64,000 nucleotides of DNA from Deinococcales bacterium (GTDB lineage: Bacteria > Deinococcota > Deinococci > Deinococcales > JAAFIG01), in the NCBI GenBank assembly GCA_043778225.1, contig JAYWGM010000101.1, positions 64,001-128,000 of the forward strand. The letters are read 5' to 3'. A program made the translations under genes and the position numbers. Positions within the stretch are counted from its first letter, which is position 1. The number at the start of each line of letters is the position of its first letter. The notes below the pieces were generated by a model. That model saw only the letters and a list, made by a program, of their open reading frames with translations, made no database searches and was not told the origin of the DNA. Below, piece after piece: positions 9,323 through 18,864 of the stretch.

Positions 9323-10909
9323 ATGCAAAGTAGATTTATTTGGGTGGTTGCGGTATTGCTTTTGGCAATGACAGCACTGGCAGCAAAAACAGGCGATACA
9401 AAATGGTCGCTGGTTAGTGCGGCTTCAAATTCGCCAACCGTCGGCTCGGACGGCACAATTTACTTTGGTGGCAACGACCAAAACTTTTATGCGGTTTCGG
9501 CAAATGGTCTGGTCAAATGGAAATTTTTGGTCGGTGGAATTGTTAAATCAAGCGCTGCAATTGGCAACGATGGCACAATTTACTTTGGTTCGTACAACAA
9601 GTCTTTTTATGCCCTAAACCCAAACGGGACACTGAAATGGACTTTTGCTTCGGGCGGCGATATTTACTCGAGTCCAGCTTTAGCCCAAGATGGCACAATT
9701 TACTTTGGTAACAGCAAAGGTTCTTTTTTTGCCTTAAATCCAAGTGGGCAGCCAAAATGGGAATTCAGAATCGGGCAGTCTATTTTTTCATCACCCGCAA
9801 TTGGTTCAGATGGCACAATTTATATTGGCGCACACGATAAAGCCCTGCACGCGCTTAACCCCGATGGCACAGAGCGCTGGAAATTTCCAACCGGCAGCTT
9901 TTTATTTTCCTCGCCCGCGATTGGCAGCGATGGCACGATTTACATTGGCTCGAGCGATTCTTTTTTATATGCGGTTTTGCCCGACGGTACAGAGCGCTGG
10001 AAGTACAAAACTGGTTTTTATGTCCTCTCGAGTCCAGTGATTGCTGCCGATGGCACAATTTATGTCGGTTCGCACGACAAAAAACTTCATGCGATTAACG
10101 CTGATGGCAGCCCAGCTTGGACTTTTCAAGCCGATGGTTATATTTCGTCTGTGCCAGCTTTGGCGGCTGATGGCACAATTTACTTTGGTTCTTTTGATAA
10201 CTATTTTTATGCCGTCGGCGCAACTGGGCAGTTACTTTGGAAGAAGAACTTGGGTAAACGAATAGATGCCTCGCCAGTGATTGCCAAAGATGGCACAGTC
10301 TATATTTCGGATTTGGCGGGTACTGTCTATGCGCTACAAGGCTCGGCGGGTTGGGCAATTGCACCTTGGGGACGTTTTAAGGGCAGTAACCTTGGGCTAG
10401 GACGGGCGTTAAGCCCTACCCAACTCGAGGCACTGTTGGCACTCGAGACCACACCGAGCCAGACCGCCACACCGGTCGTCATCGCCCCAGTGCCAGTCTC
10501 GAGACCCGCAACTCCACCAGTCTCGAGTAACCCTATAGTCCCAGTCTCGAGCCAAGTGAACACCAGTTCGTTGGCAGCCAAAGCAATTTTGGTGGATGGC
10601 ACAATTATGTTGCCAGTCCGCGAATTGGCGGCTTTGGTTGGCGCACAAGTGACCCGTTTTGAAGCTGGCACTGCCACGATTCAACGGCGCTCTGCCAGCA
10701 TCAGTTTAACCCTTGGCAAAGCTGGAACTGGCTATCGTGCGCCGATTTTATACACTGGCAAAATGTATGTCCCTTTACGAGCCTTAAATGGTTTAGCTGG
10801 GGTCAGCATTGCGTGGGATGCGACCGCAAAAAGTGTGCTGGTTTCGGTCGAAGGTCTGGTGACACAGATTAAATTAGATTTGGCAAAATTACCAAAAGTT
10901 AAACCATAA
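9323..10909 (+). CDS. Secreted PQQ-like beta-propeller protein with C-terminal copper-amine-oxidase-N-like domain
   Basis: About eight SSPAIG.DGTIYFGS repeats, Pro-rich linker, MLPVRELA / MYVPLRAL / WD..AKSV motifs. Confidence 0.85.
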   Translation: MQSRFIWVVAVLLLAMTALAAKTGDTKWSLVSAASNSPTVGSDGTIYFGGNDQNFYAVSANGLVKWKFLVGGIVKSSAAIGNDGTIYFGSYNKSFYALNPNGTLKWTFASGGDIYSSPALAQDGTIYFGNSKGSFFALNPSGQPKWEFRIGQSIFSSPAIGSDGTIYIGAHDKALHALNPDGTERWKFPTGSFLFSSPAIGSDGTIYIGSSDSFLYAVLPDGTERWKYKTGFYVLSSPVIAADGTIYVGSHDKKLHAINADGSPAWTFQADGYISSVPALAADGTIYFGSFDNYFYAVGATGQLLWKKNLGKRIDASPVIAKDGTVYISDLAGTVYALQGSAGWAIAPWGRFKGSNLGLGRALSPTQLEALLALETTPSQTATPVVIAPVPVSRPATPPVSSNPIVPVSSQVNTSSLAAKAILVDGTIMLPVRELAALVGAQVTRFEAGTATIQRRSASISLTLGKAGTGYRAPILYTGKMYVPLRALNGLAGVSIAWDATAKSVLVSVEGLVTQIKLDLAKLPKVKP

Positions 10910-10935
10910 ACCTCGAGTCCAAATCATTGATTTTT

Positions 10936-10962
10936 GTAGGGGTGATGCTTGTCATCACCCTG
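10936..10962 (+). repeat. GTAG-type REP-like hairpin, copy 2
   Basis: GTAG-gggtgatg-cttgt-catcaccc-tg; same loop as copy 1 with compensatory stem changes. Confidence 0.6.
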
Positions 10963-11175
10963 CTTTCAGCGACAGAAATTATTTATGCAAAAGGTCTAAT
11001 CTCGAGTCATTCAGCTAAAATTCAGCTTTGGTTTAAGTTAAGTTGCACCCACCAAGTTTAGAGTGGTTCTCGAGGATATTCAGGGCTTTGGCGCTGGCTT
11101 GACTTCGGGAGCGTTTTTTAACTCGAGTTAGGATTTTTTTCTTGGCTCGAGTCAAAAAACGGGTAAAGGTGCAAC

Positions 11176-11787
11176 ATGAAAACTTCAGAACAACGTATTT
11201 CGACCACTTTATTAAAAAGCCGCTATATTGTTTTGTTAGCGGTTGGCACGTTGTATTTGCTGTCCATGACTTTATTCGGTTATGCGACCATTAAAACGGC
11301 GGTGATGTTGCCGGGTTTGCTGGCAAAATTTACCTCGAGCAGTTCTAAATCTTTAATGCTTTTTGCGGTCGAAACCGCTGATTTATTTTTGGTGGCGGTG
11401 GTTTTATTTGTGACTGCCGCAGGGTTGTATGCGCTTTTTATGGGTAGACAAGCCAAAGCCGGCGATGCGGCGGTCACCCGTTGGCTCGAGGTCGAAACAC
11501 TGGACGACTTAAAACAAAACTTGATTGGCGTGGTTGTGGTGGCAATGGCGGTGCTGTTTTTAGGGGTTTTTATCCGCGATGACCCAGACCATAATTTACT
11601 CGAGATTGGCGGTGGAGTTGGGGCGGTGATTGCGGCTTTGGGTTGGTATGTCTCACAAAAATCCAGAGCCAAGGAATCGGATGCCAAGGTCAGCGAAATT
11701 AAAGTCAGCGAGACCAAAGTTAGCCAAGAAGAAAGCCAAGCGGCGGCAGAAACACTGGTTAAATTCAGCGAATCGCTGAAACCATAA
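11176..11787 (+). CDS. YqhA/UPF0114-family membrane protein
   Basis: D.FLV, GLY.LF, WLEVETLDDLK motifs; four TMs. Confidence 0.85.
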   Translation: MKTSEQRISTTLLKSRYIVLLAVGTLYLLSMTLFGYATIKTAVMLPGLLAKFTSSSSKSLMLFAVETADLFLVAVVLFVTAAGLYALFMGRQAKAGDAAVTRWLEVETLDDLKQNLIGVVVVAMAVLFLGVFIRDDPDHNLLEIGGGVGAVIAALGWYVSQKSRAKESDAKVSEIKVSETKVSQEESQAAAETLVKFSESLKP

Positions 11788-11853
11788 AAATGTAAAGACT
11801 TGCTTATATTTCAAAGAAGTGTAGAGTACGACTATGAACTTTATCGGAAATTT

Positions 11854-12216
11854 GTGAGTCAATACCGCGTTCTGGTGATTGACGATGAACCAAGAATGCG
11901 TAGCCTGATGCAGCGTGGGCTTGGTTTGGCTGGATTTCAGGTACAGACGGCTGACAATGGTGAGCTAGGTTTATTGGCAGTGACCCAAAACCCGCCAGAT
12001 GTAGTGCTGCTCGACCTGATGATGCCGGGGGTATTCGATGGATTTGCGACCCTCGAGCAACTCTTAAAACTCGAGCCACGCCCAAAAGTAATTGTTGTCT
12101 CGGGCAGAGACGAACTCGAGGACAGACAAAGGGCAAAGGTGGCGGATGGTTTTTTGGTCAAACCTGTGGCATTTGATTTTTTGGTGGAAACGATTCATAA
12201 AGTTATTCGGGCGTAA
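11854..12216 (+). CDS. Single-domain response regulator
   Basis: VLVIDDE, LLDLMMP, KP motifs; start uncertain. Confidence 0.85.
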   Translation: MSQYRVLVIDDEPRMRSLMQRGLGLAGFQVQTADNGELGLLAVTQNPPDVVLLDLMMPGVFDGFATLEQLLKLEPRPKVIVVSGRDELEDRQRAKVADGFLVKPVAFDFLVETIHKVIRA

Positions 12217-12227
12217 GAAGGAGTACC

Positions 12228-15200
12228 GTGATAAAGCCCAAACCAAAAGAATTACCTGTCGTGGTTGGCATCGGCGCTTCGGCTGGCGGTCTCGAGGCAT
12301 TCTCGAAACTCTTAAAGGCGCTTAAACCAGACACGGGCATGGCTTTTGTTTTGCTGCAACACCTCGAGCGCAGTCACGATAGCTTGCTGAGCGAATTATT
12401 GGCACGCACCACCAGCATGAAGGTTATCGAAATTATAGATGGCATCAGCCTTTTCGCCAATTGTGTTTATGTCATTCCACCCAATGTTAGCGTGGTCATG
12501 AAGCGCGGTGTTTTACGGCTTTTGCCGCGTCCTGCGGGGCGAGAATTACACCAGCCCATCAATGAATTTTTTAGTTCGCTGTCTCAGGCACGGCTGCATC
12601 AGGCAATTGGTGTGGTCTTGTCCGGCACAGCTTCGGATGGCACAGTTGGCTTAGAAGCGATTAAAGCCGCCGGCGGAATCACTTTTGCCCAGCGTCCAGA
12701 GTCGGCACGTTCGCCAGCCATGCCGCGCAGTGCCATCAAAGCTGGTGTGGTGGATTTTGTGCTGTCGCCCGAAGAGATTGCCGCCAAGTTGGTCAGTTTA
12801 GCCCAAGACCCATACTTAGGAAAAGCCAACAAGCGTCAGGCTCGAGCCAAACCAAGTGCGGCAGCCAGCAGCGATGATGGCTTTGAAGCGATTTTACATT
12901 TACTCCAAGATGCCAAAGACGTGGATTTTTCTTTGTACCGCTCAACCACAATTGGGCGGCGAATAAGGCGGCGGATGCTGCTCGATTCGATGACTTCAAC
13001 CACACGCTATATCGAACATCTACGCAGTCAGCCAGCCGCGCTCGAGTTGCTGTATCAAGATTTGCTGATTGGTGTGACCAGTTTTTTTCGTGATGCCCAT
13101 GTTTTTGAATGCCTACAAAAAACAGTTTTCCCCGAACTGCTTAAAGACCGTGCCGCCGATGATGTGCTGCGAATCTGGGTCAGTGGTTGCTCGACCGGAC
13201 AAGAAGCCTATTCTTTGGGGATGGCGTACTTGGAATGTATGGCACTTGCCAAAGTCAATATCCCACTGCAAATTTTTGCCACCGACTTAAACGCCCCAAT
13301 GCTCGAGAAAGCCCGTGCGGGTTGGTACTCGGCTGCCAGCATGGAGAATGTTTCGCCCGAGCGCCGCAAACGTTTTTTTAGCGAAGAAAAAGATGGTTGG
13401 CGCATCAGCGAAGCGGTGCGTGAAAAAATAATCTTTTCAAAACAAAATGTTTTTGCCGACCCGCCTTTTTCGCGTATGGACTTGGTTACTTGCCGAAATT
13501 TACTGATTTACCTCGAGCCAGCCCTGCAAAGCCGTGTCATTCCAACCCTGCACTATGCCTTAAAACCGCAGGGTGTCTTGCTGCTTGGCGCTTCGGAAAC
13601 GGTTGGGCGCTTTGAGGATTTATTTGGCGTGCTTGACCAGTCTTGCCGGTTTTATAGTAAGCGCTTGGTCAGCAGCCGAATTCCAAAACTCGAGGGGCGA
13701 ATTGTCAAATCGGTGGTCAGTAAACAAGAACCCACCGCCTCGGTGGTCAGTGCCAGTACAGTACAAACAGGGCGCGAGGTAGACCATTTGCTGCTTTTGC
13801 GCTATGCCCCAAGCAGTGTCGTGGTCAACGATGCGCTCGAGGTGGTGCAGTTTCGTGGCTCGACCAGTCAATTTTTAGAAGCCCCGAGCGGTAAAGCCAC
13901 TTTTAATTTGCTCAAGATGGCACGTGAAGGCTTAATGTTGCCATTGCGGCGTTTGACCGACCAAGCCCGCCAAGAAAATCGGGTCGTGCGCCTCGAGCAT
14001 CTGCGCTATTCGTACAACGGTGCAGTGGTTGCGATCAATCTCGAGGTTCAGCCCTTAAAACAACCCGGTTGTCTGTTGGTGCTGTTCGAGGTCTTGCCAG
14101 AATTACCAGCCGCCCAGCCGACTGCCGAGCCACAAACCCAGACCCGCCAACTCGAGGACTTGAACCGCGAATTATTAGAGTCCCGCGAATATGTGCGCTT
14201 TATCCAGCGCCAAAACGAAGACGAAAACGAACAGTTCCAAGCTGCCAATGCCGAAATGCAATCCTCGGGCGAAGAATTACAAAGCCTCAACGAAGAACTC
14301 GAGACCGCCAAAGAAGAACTCGAGTCCACCAACGAAGAAATCCAAACCTTAAACCAAGAACTGACGGTGCGGAACGCCGAATTGTTGCGCTTAAATACGG
14401 TCTTGACCAATTTCCAAAGCAGTGCCGAATTGGCAATTGTGGCGGTCAGCTTGGACTTAGAAGTGCAACGTTTTACCCCACAAGCCGAACGTACTTTGGG
14501 TTTACGCAACACTGACCTTGGGCAGCCGATTGGTCGGCTGAGCCATTTATTAAATTTACCCGATTTAGAAGAACTTGTTTTGACGGTTATTACTCAAGAA
14601 AAACCAACCGACTGCGAAGTTCGTGACCGCGATGGGCGCTGGTTTTTATTGCGGATTCGTCCCTATTACACCCCCGAAAATGATATTGACGGCGCGGTGC
14701 TGGTCTTGTTCGAGATGGATGCCCTAAAAAGAGCCGAACTCGAGCGAGAACGGCTACAACAACAAACCGAAGTTGTTTTTGAAAGCCTTGCCGATGGCTT
14801 ACTTGCCCTCAGTCACGATTGGATGATTACCTATATCAATGCCAACGGCGCACGTTTGGCGAATCGGTCAAAAGAGACCATGCTGGGTCGTAATTATTGG
14901 TCAATTTTTCCAGAAGTGATTGACACCGTTTTTGAGACTGGCTACAGAAAAGCCATGACTGAACGGGTGACGGTAGACCTCGAGGCGTATTATCCTGCGC
15001 TGGCTGCCCAATTTGAGGTTCGGGCTGTGCCAGTCGAGACTGGAATCACGGTTTTTTTTCGCGATGTCACCACACGGCACGAAACCGAAATCTTGGTTGC
15101 CGAAACCAAAGAAAAACTGCGCGTGCTTGCCGAAAGCCAACAGCGTTTTTTAGCCGATGCCGCCCACGAGTTACGCGCTCCGTTGGCGGTCATTCAGGGC

Positions 15201-15806
15201 AACCTTGAGGTGCTTGAACGCTTCCCCGAGATGCCAGCCCCAGACCGTTTAGAAGCCATCAGCGACAGCGCCCGCGAAGCCACACGCCTCGCCCAACTGG
15301 CAAATGATTTACTGGCACTGGCTCGAGGTGACGCTGGCGACGGTCTGCGGCTTGAGCCACTTGAATTAGCGGCACTGGTTTCAGAAACCCTCCTAGGTGC
15401 AACTTATCTGGATATTCAAAACCAACTCGAGTTGGGTACAATCGAGTCGGCTTTGGTTTTAGGCGATGCCAATAAACTTAAACAACTGGTGCTGATTCTG
15501 CTCGATAACGCCATGAAATACTCGCCAGAAGGTGGAAAAGTCAGCCTGAGTTTGCAGCACCAAACCAGCCATGCCGAATTAAGAGTCTCGGACAGTGGTC
15601 AGGGTATTGACGAAGCAGACCTCGAGCGGGTTTTTGAACGTTTTTACCGCACCGATACCTCGCGTTCACGCCAGACCGGCGGCACGGGATTAGGTTTACC
15701 GATTGCCCGTTGGATTAGCGAGCAGCACCACGCTAAACTCTGGCTCGAGAGTCAGGTTGGCGTTGGCACAACTGCCGTGTTGCGTTTACCGCTCATGCCA
15801 GAATAA
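12228..15806 (+). CDS. CheB-CheR-coiled coil-PAS histidine kinase fusion
   Basis: GASAGG (CheB), VTSFFRD/GCSTGQEAYS/CRNLLIY (CheR), EELESTNEE coiled coil, PAS, HELRAPL, GGTGLGL. Confidence 0.93.
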   Translation: MIKPKPKELPVVVGIGASAGGLEAFSKLLKALKPDTGMAFVLLQHLERSHDSLLSELLARTTSMKVIEIIDGISLFANCVYVIPPNVSVVMKRGVLRLLPRPAGRELHQPINEFFSSLSQARLHQAIGVVLSGTASDGTVGLEAIKAAGGITFAQRPESARSPAMPRSAIKAGVVDFVLSPEEIAAKLVSLAQDPYLGKANKRQARAKPSAAASSDDGFEAILHLLQDAKDVDFSLYRSTTIGRRIRRRMLLDSMTSTTRYIEHLRSQPAALELLYQDLLIGVTSFFRDAHVFECLQKTVFPELLKDRAADDVLRIWVSGCSTGQEAYSLGMAYLECMALAKVNIPLQIFATDLNAPMLEKARAGWYSAASMENVSPERRKRFFSEEKDGWRISEAVREKIIFSKQNVFADPPFSRMDLVTCRNLLIYLEPALQSRVIPTLHYALKPQGVLLLGASETVGRFEDLFGVLDQSCRFYSKRLVSSRIPKLEGRIVKSVVSKQEPTASVVSASTVQTGREVDHLLLLRYAPSSVVVNDALEVVQFRGSTSQFLEAPSGKATFNLLKMAREGLMLPLRRLTDQARQENRVVRLEHLRYSYNGAVVAINLEVQPLKQPGCLLVLFEVLPELPAAQPTAEPQTQTRQLEDLNRELLESREYVRFIQRQNEDENEQFQAANAEMQSSGEELQSLNEELETAKEELESTNEEIQTLNQELTVRNAELLRLNTVLTNFQSSAELAIVAVSLDLEVQRFTPQAERTLGLRNTDLGQPIGRLSHLLNLPDLEELVLTVITQEKPTDCEVRDRDGRWFLLRIRPYYTPENDIDGAVLVLFEMDALKRAELERERLQQQTEVVFESLADGLLALSHDWMITYINANGARLANRSKETMLGRNYWSIFPEVIDTVFETGYRKAMTERVTVDLEAYYPALAAQFEVRAVPVETGITVFFRDVTTRHETEILVAETKEKLRVLAESQQRFLADAAHELRAPLAVIQGNLEVLERFPEMPAPDRLEAISDSAREATRLAQLANDLLALARGDAGDGLRLEPLELAALVSETLLGATYLDIQNQLELGTIESALVLGDANKLKQLVLILLDNAMKYSPEGGKVSLSLQHQTSHAELRVSDSGQGIDEADLERVFERFYRTDTSRSRQTGGTGLGLPIARWISEQHHAKLWLESQVGVGTTAVLRLPLMPE

Positions 15807-16167
15807 TTTTGCTGGGCAAAAAAAACTTTAATTTCTCGAGCAGCAAAAGAAACTCTACAGGTTTATGGAAATAGTCATTTGCACCCAGCACCAGTCCATC
15901 TTCGGGCGCACCATCTCGACCAGTCATAAACAGAATCGGAATTAAGCTACCAGCCTTGCGGATTTGCCGCAAGGCTTCTGGACCATCCATGCCAGGCATC
16001 ATCCAATCAAGAATAATCAAGTCTGGCTGAGCCGTTCGGGTCATTTCGACGGCGGCGGCTCCAGAATCTGCCTCGAGAACACCGTACCCTTCTAGGCTCA
16101 ATCCGCGCCGCAAAAAGCTACGAATCCGTGGTTCATCATCGGCAACCAGAATACGAAACTCAGGCAA
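15793..16167 (-). CDS. Single-domain response regulator
   Basis: ILVADDE, ILDWMMPGMDG, KP motifs. Confidence 0.88.
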   Translation of the reverse strand: MPEFRILVADDEPRIRSFLRRGLSLEGYGVLEADSGAAAVEMTRTAQPDLIILDWMMPGMDGPEALRQIRKAGSLIPILFMTGRDGAPEDGLVLGANDYFHKPVEFLLLLEKLKFFLPSKIILA

Positions 16168-16259
16168 GAGCGCAACAACTTTTTTCGGTGGAACAGTATC
16201 TCATACCACAAAGTCTATCACCACCAACTGATTCTAAGCTGAGGCGAACCTTGGATTTT

Positions 16260-16474
16260 GTCCTCCCCTGCGAAGCAGTAGGGGAGGTGGCGAGCGAAGC
16301 GCGTCGGAGGGGTCTTGCACAGCGTCTACCTGTTGCAAACCCATCCGTCACTCGTTGCACTCGCGCCACCTCCACCTACCTTCTTGCTCACAAGACAGCA
16401 CCTTCTTGACCACATACGCGCACCTATCAGGCGTGGTCGCTATCGGGCTGTTCGCGCTAACGGCAGGGGAGGAC
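16260..16474. mobile_element. Palindromic MITE-like/structured intergenic element
   Basis: 12-bp terminal inverted repeats gtcctcccctgc...gcaggggaggac; internal stem gtaggggaggtggcg...cgccacctccacctac; GC-richer than flanks. Confidence 0.5.
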
Positions 16475-16564
16475 TTTTTGCGTTGCACACGAATTTCTTG
16501 ATTAAGTCACAGGCAATGAAGGCAAACCTTGGACAGCCTTTGTTTTTTGTTTTACAATACTGCC

Positions 16565-17182
16565 ATGACAGCCATACTCGAGCCACCAAAATCTGTAGAA
16601 GCACCCCTCGAGTCAATGCCACTCCTCGAGTCAATACGTTTCTCGCCGCTCGAGTTGATGCGTTTTTCGGGTGAACGTTACGACGAGCTTTGGAGACTGG
16701 GCTTAATCACCTCCGATGACCGTGTGGAATTACTCAATGGTCAGATTGTGAGGAAACCAGAAATGAACCCACCGCATTTATATACTTTATCCGACCTTCA
16801 CACCCGAATTTTGTTTCAATTCTACAACCGCGCTGTGGTACTGAATCAAAGCACAATTTTCTTACCCCAAGATGGCAGACCAGACCCAGACATTGCGCTC
16901 CTAAAACTTGGCACACCAAGAGACCGCTTGCCGTTGCCCGAAGACATTGATTTGATTATCGAAGTTTCTGACAGCACTGTAGCTCGAGACCGCGAAACCA
17001 AACTGGCACTCTATGCCCGAGACAACATTATAGAATACTGGATTGTCAATCTGGCACAGCGCCAACTCGAGGTTTACCGCCAGCCCGACGGCTTGCGCTA
17101 TGGCAGCAGTTTTACAGTTAAAGATGGCAGCCCAACCGCTTGTTTGGCATTTCCAAACGATTTGATTGCTTGGGCAGTGTGA
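16565..17182 (+). CDS. Uma2-family (DUF820) endonuclease-fold protein
   Basis: RVELLNGQI, PDPDIAL, LIIEVSDST, K..LYA..NIIEYWIVNL; leaderless TACAAT. Confidence 0.9.
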   Translation: MTAILEPPKSVEAPLESMPLLESIRFSPLELMRFSGERYDELWRLGLITSDDRVELLNGQIVRKPEMNPPHLYTLSDLHTRILFQFYNRAVVLNQSTIFLPQDGRPDPDIALLKLGTPRDRLPLPEDIDLIIEVSDSTVARDRETKLALYARDNIIEYWIVNLAQRQLEVYRQPDGLRYGSSFTVKDGSPTACLAFPNDLIAWAV

Positions 17183-18069
17183 AGGTCATTACCCTGAACG
17201 TCAATGGAATCCGCAGCGCCAACCAAAAGGGTTTACTCGAGTGGTTGGCGCTGCAAAATGCCGACCTTGTGCTGCTCCAAGAAGTCCGAGCGCTCGAGCA
17301 TCAACGACCAATTTTAGCGGGCTTGGAGCATTACCATGCTTATTGGTTTGAAGCACAAAAAGCTGGCTACAGTGGCGTTGGAATTTTAAGTAAACAGATT
17401 CCAAAAACAGTCCAGTACGGTTTTGGTTCAGCCGAATTTGATGCCGAAGGGCGGGTCTTGCGGCTCGAGTTTGAGGACTTAAATGTGGTCAGTGCCTATT
17501 TTCCAAGTGGCTCGAGCAGCCCGGAGCGCCAAGCTGCCAAGTACCGTTTTTTAGCCGAATTCGAGCCGTGGTTGCTTGGTTTACAAGGCGAAGTTTTGTT
17601 GGGCGGCGACCTGAACATTGCCCATCAAGCAATAGACCTTAAAAATTGGCACGGTAATATCGGCAACAGTGGTTTTTTACCCGAAGAACGGGCTTGGTTT
17701 TCTAAGCTACTCGAGGCTGGTTTTGCCGATGTTTTTAGAAACCACGTCGGGCAAACCGAGCATTATTCGTGGTGGTCTAACCGTGGTGGCGCTCGAAGAA
17801 ACAATGTCGGTTGGCGCATAGATTACCAGTTGTGTACGGCTGGTTTGGCGGCTCGAGTCGAGCGGGCGAGCATTTACCGCGCAGATTTTTTTTCTGACCA
17901 CGCCCCAGTCATTCTCGAGTACACAAAATCTGCGCTCGAGAATTTACGGGCTTTGATTCAAGTCGGAGTGGATGATTTCCAAGCAGGGCGGGTTACAAGT
18001 TATGATTCTCGTCAAGAAGCCGTGGCTGATATTCGAGCCTTGGCGCTTTCAAAACAAAATCGCCCATAA
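17179..18069 (+). CDS. xth: Exodeoxyribonuclease III with C-terminal extension
   Basis: NVNGIRS, LQEV, GYSGV, GDLNIAH, GWRIDY, SDHAPV. Confidence 0.93.
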   Translation: MKVITLNVNGIRSANQKGLLEWLALQNADLVLLQEVRALEHQRPILAGLEHYHAYWFEAQKAGYSGVGILSKQIPKTVQYGFGSAEFDAEGRVLRLEFEDLNVVSAYFPSGSSSPERQAAKYRFLAEFEPWLLGLQGEVLLGGDLNIAHQAIDLKNWHGNIGNSGFLPEERAWFSKLLEAGFADVFRNHVGQTEHYSWWSNRGGARRNNVGWRIDYQLCTAGLAARVERASIYRADFFSDHAPVILEYTKSALENLRALIQVGVDDFQAGRVTSYDSRQEAVADIRALALSKQNRP

Positions 18070-18090
18070 GTTCTTGATAGACTGCTTTGT

Positions 18091-18861
18091 ATGGAATACA
18101 TCATCAAAGATTTACACAAGGCTTTTGAAATGGATGGACTCGAGGAAGTCCAACAAAGCGCTTGGGGTTACGACGACCGCGACCTGACACCGGGCGGTTT
18201 ATTTACAGTTCATGCCCACATGGGCGGAATTGTTTGCGCCGCCTTTGCGGTTGGTTCAGATATTCCAGTCGGTTTTGCCTACAGCTTTCCAGCGCTTTAC
18301 AAAAATAAAATGGTACAGCATTCGCATATGCTGGCGCTGCGCCCAGAACACCGTGCCAGTGGTTTGGCGGTGCGCCTCAAACAGCACCAACGAACTCGAG
18401 CCATAGCATTGGGCTACGACCTGATGACTTGGACTTTTGACCCAGCCTTAACCAAAAATGCACGGCTGAACTTGGGTAAACTTGGCGCTCGAGCCGTTTC
18501 CTACCACGAGGACTGGTATGCGATTAAAGGCGGAATTTATGCTGGGCTACCCGCTGACCGTTTTTTTGCCGAATGGGATTTAACCACAACCTTTGCGGAG
18601 CGCTCTAAGACTGCTCCGAGTGGCGAAATTGCGCTTGAAGCCAACGGTACTGGAGCAGGAAAACCAAGGCTTGATTTGACAGGCGTGGTTTTAATAGAAA
18701 GCCCACGGGACATTGACGCGCTTAAAGCCTCCAATCTCGAGGCGGCTCAAACGTGGCGCACCGCCCATCGTCTGGTTTTTCCGCATTATTTTGAGCGTGG
18801 TTATCTGGTCACGGATTTACACGACACTGGGACACAGACTTTTTATCGGCTCGAGCCGTAG
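18091..18861 (+). CDS. GNAT-superfamily acetyltransferase
   Basis: HSHMLAL, WTFDP..KNARLNL.KLGA, DRF..EW pattern. Confidence 0.8.
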   Translation: MEYIIKDLHKAFEMDGLEEVQQSAWGYDDRDLTPGGLFTVHAHMGGIVCAAFAVGSDIPVGFAYSFPALYKNKMVQHSHMLALRPEHRASGLAVRLKQHQRTRAIALGYDLMTWTFDPALTKNARLNLGKLGARAVSYHEDWYAIKGGIYAGLPADRFFAEWDLTTTFAERSKTAPSGEIALEANGTGAGKPRLDLTGVVLIESPRDIDALKASNLEAAQTWRTAHRLVFPHYFERGYLVTDLHDTGTQTFYRLEP

Positions 18862-18864
18862 TTT

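Noticed and set aside
9440..10330. Recurrent gatggcacaattta(c/t) motif about every 120 bp
   Set aside because: It encodes the DGTIY repeats of the beta-propeller blades; a protein repeat, not a DNA element.
11010..11045. attcagct direct repeats at 11-bp spacing upstream of yqhA
   Set aside because: Could be an OmpR-type site, but there are only two clear copies and no second locus to support it.
11680..11730. 15-bp KVSE(I/T) repeats at the YqhA C-terminus
   Set aside because: Low-complexity tail with a different period and no CTCGAG; not counted with the ~25-bp class.
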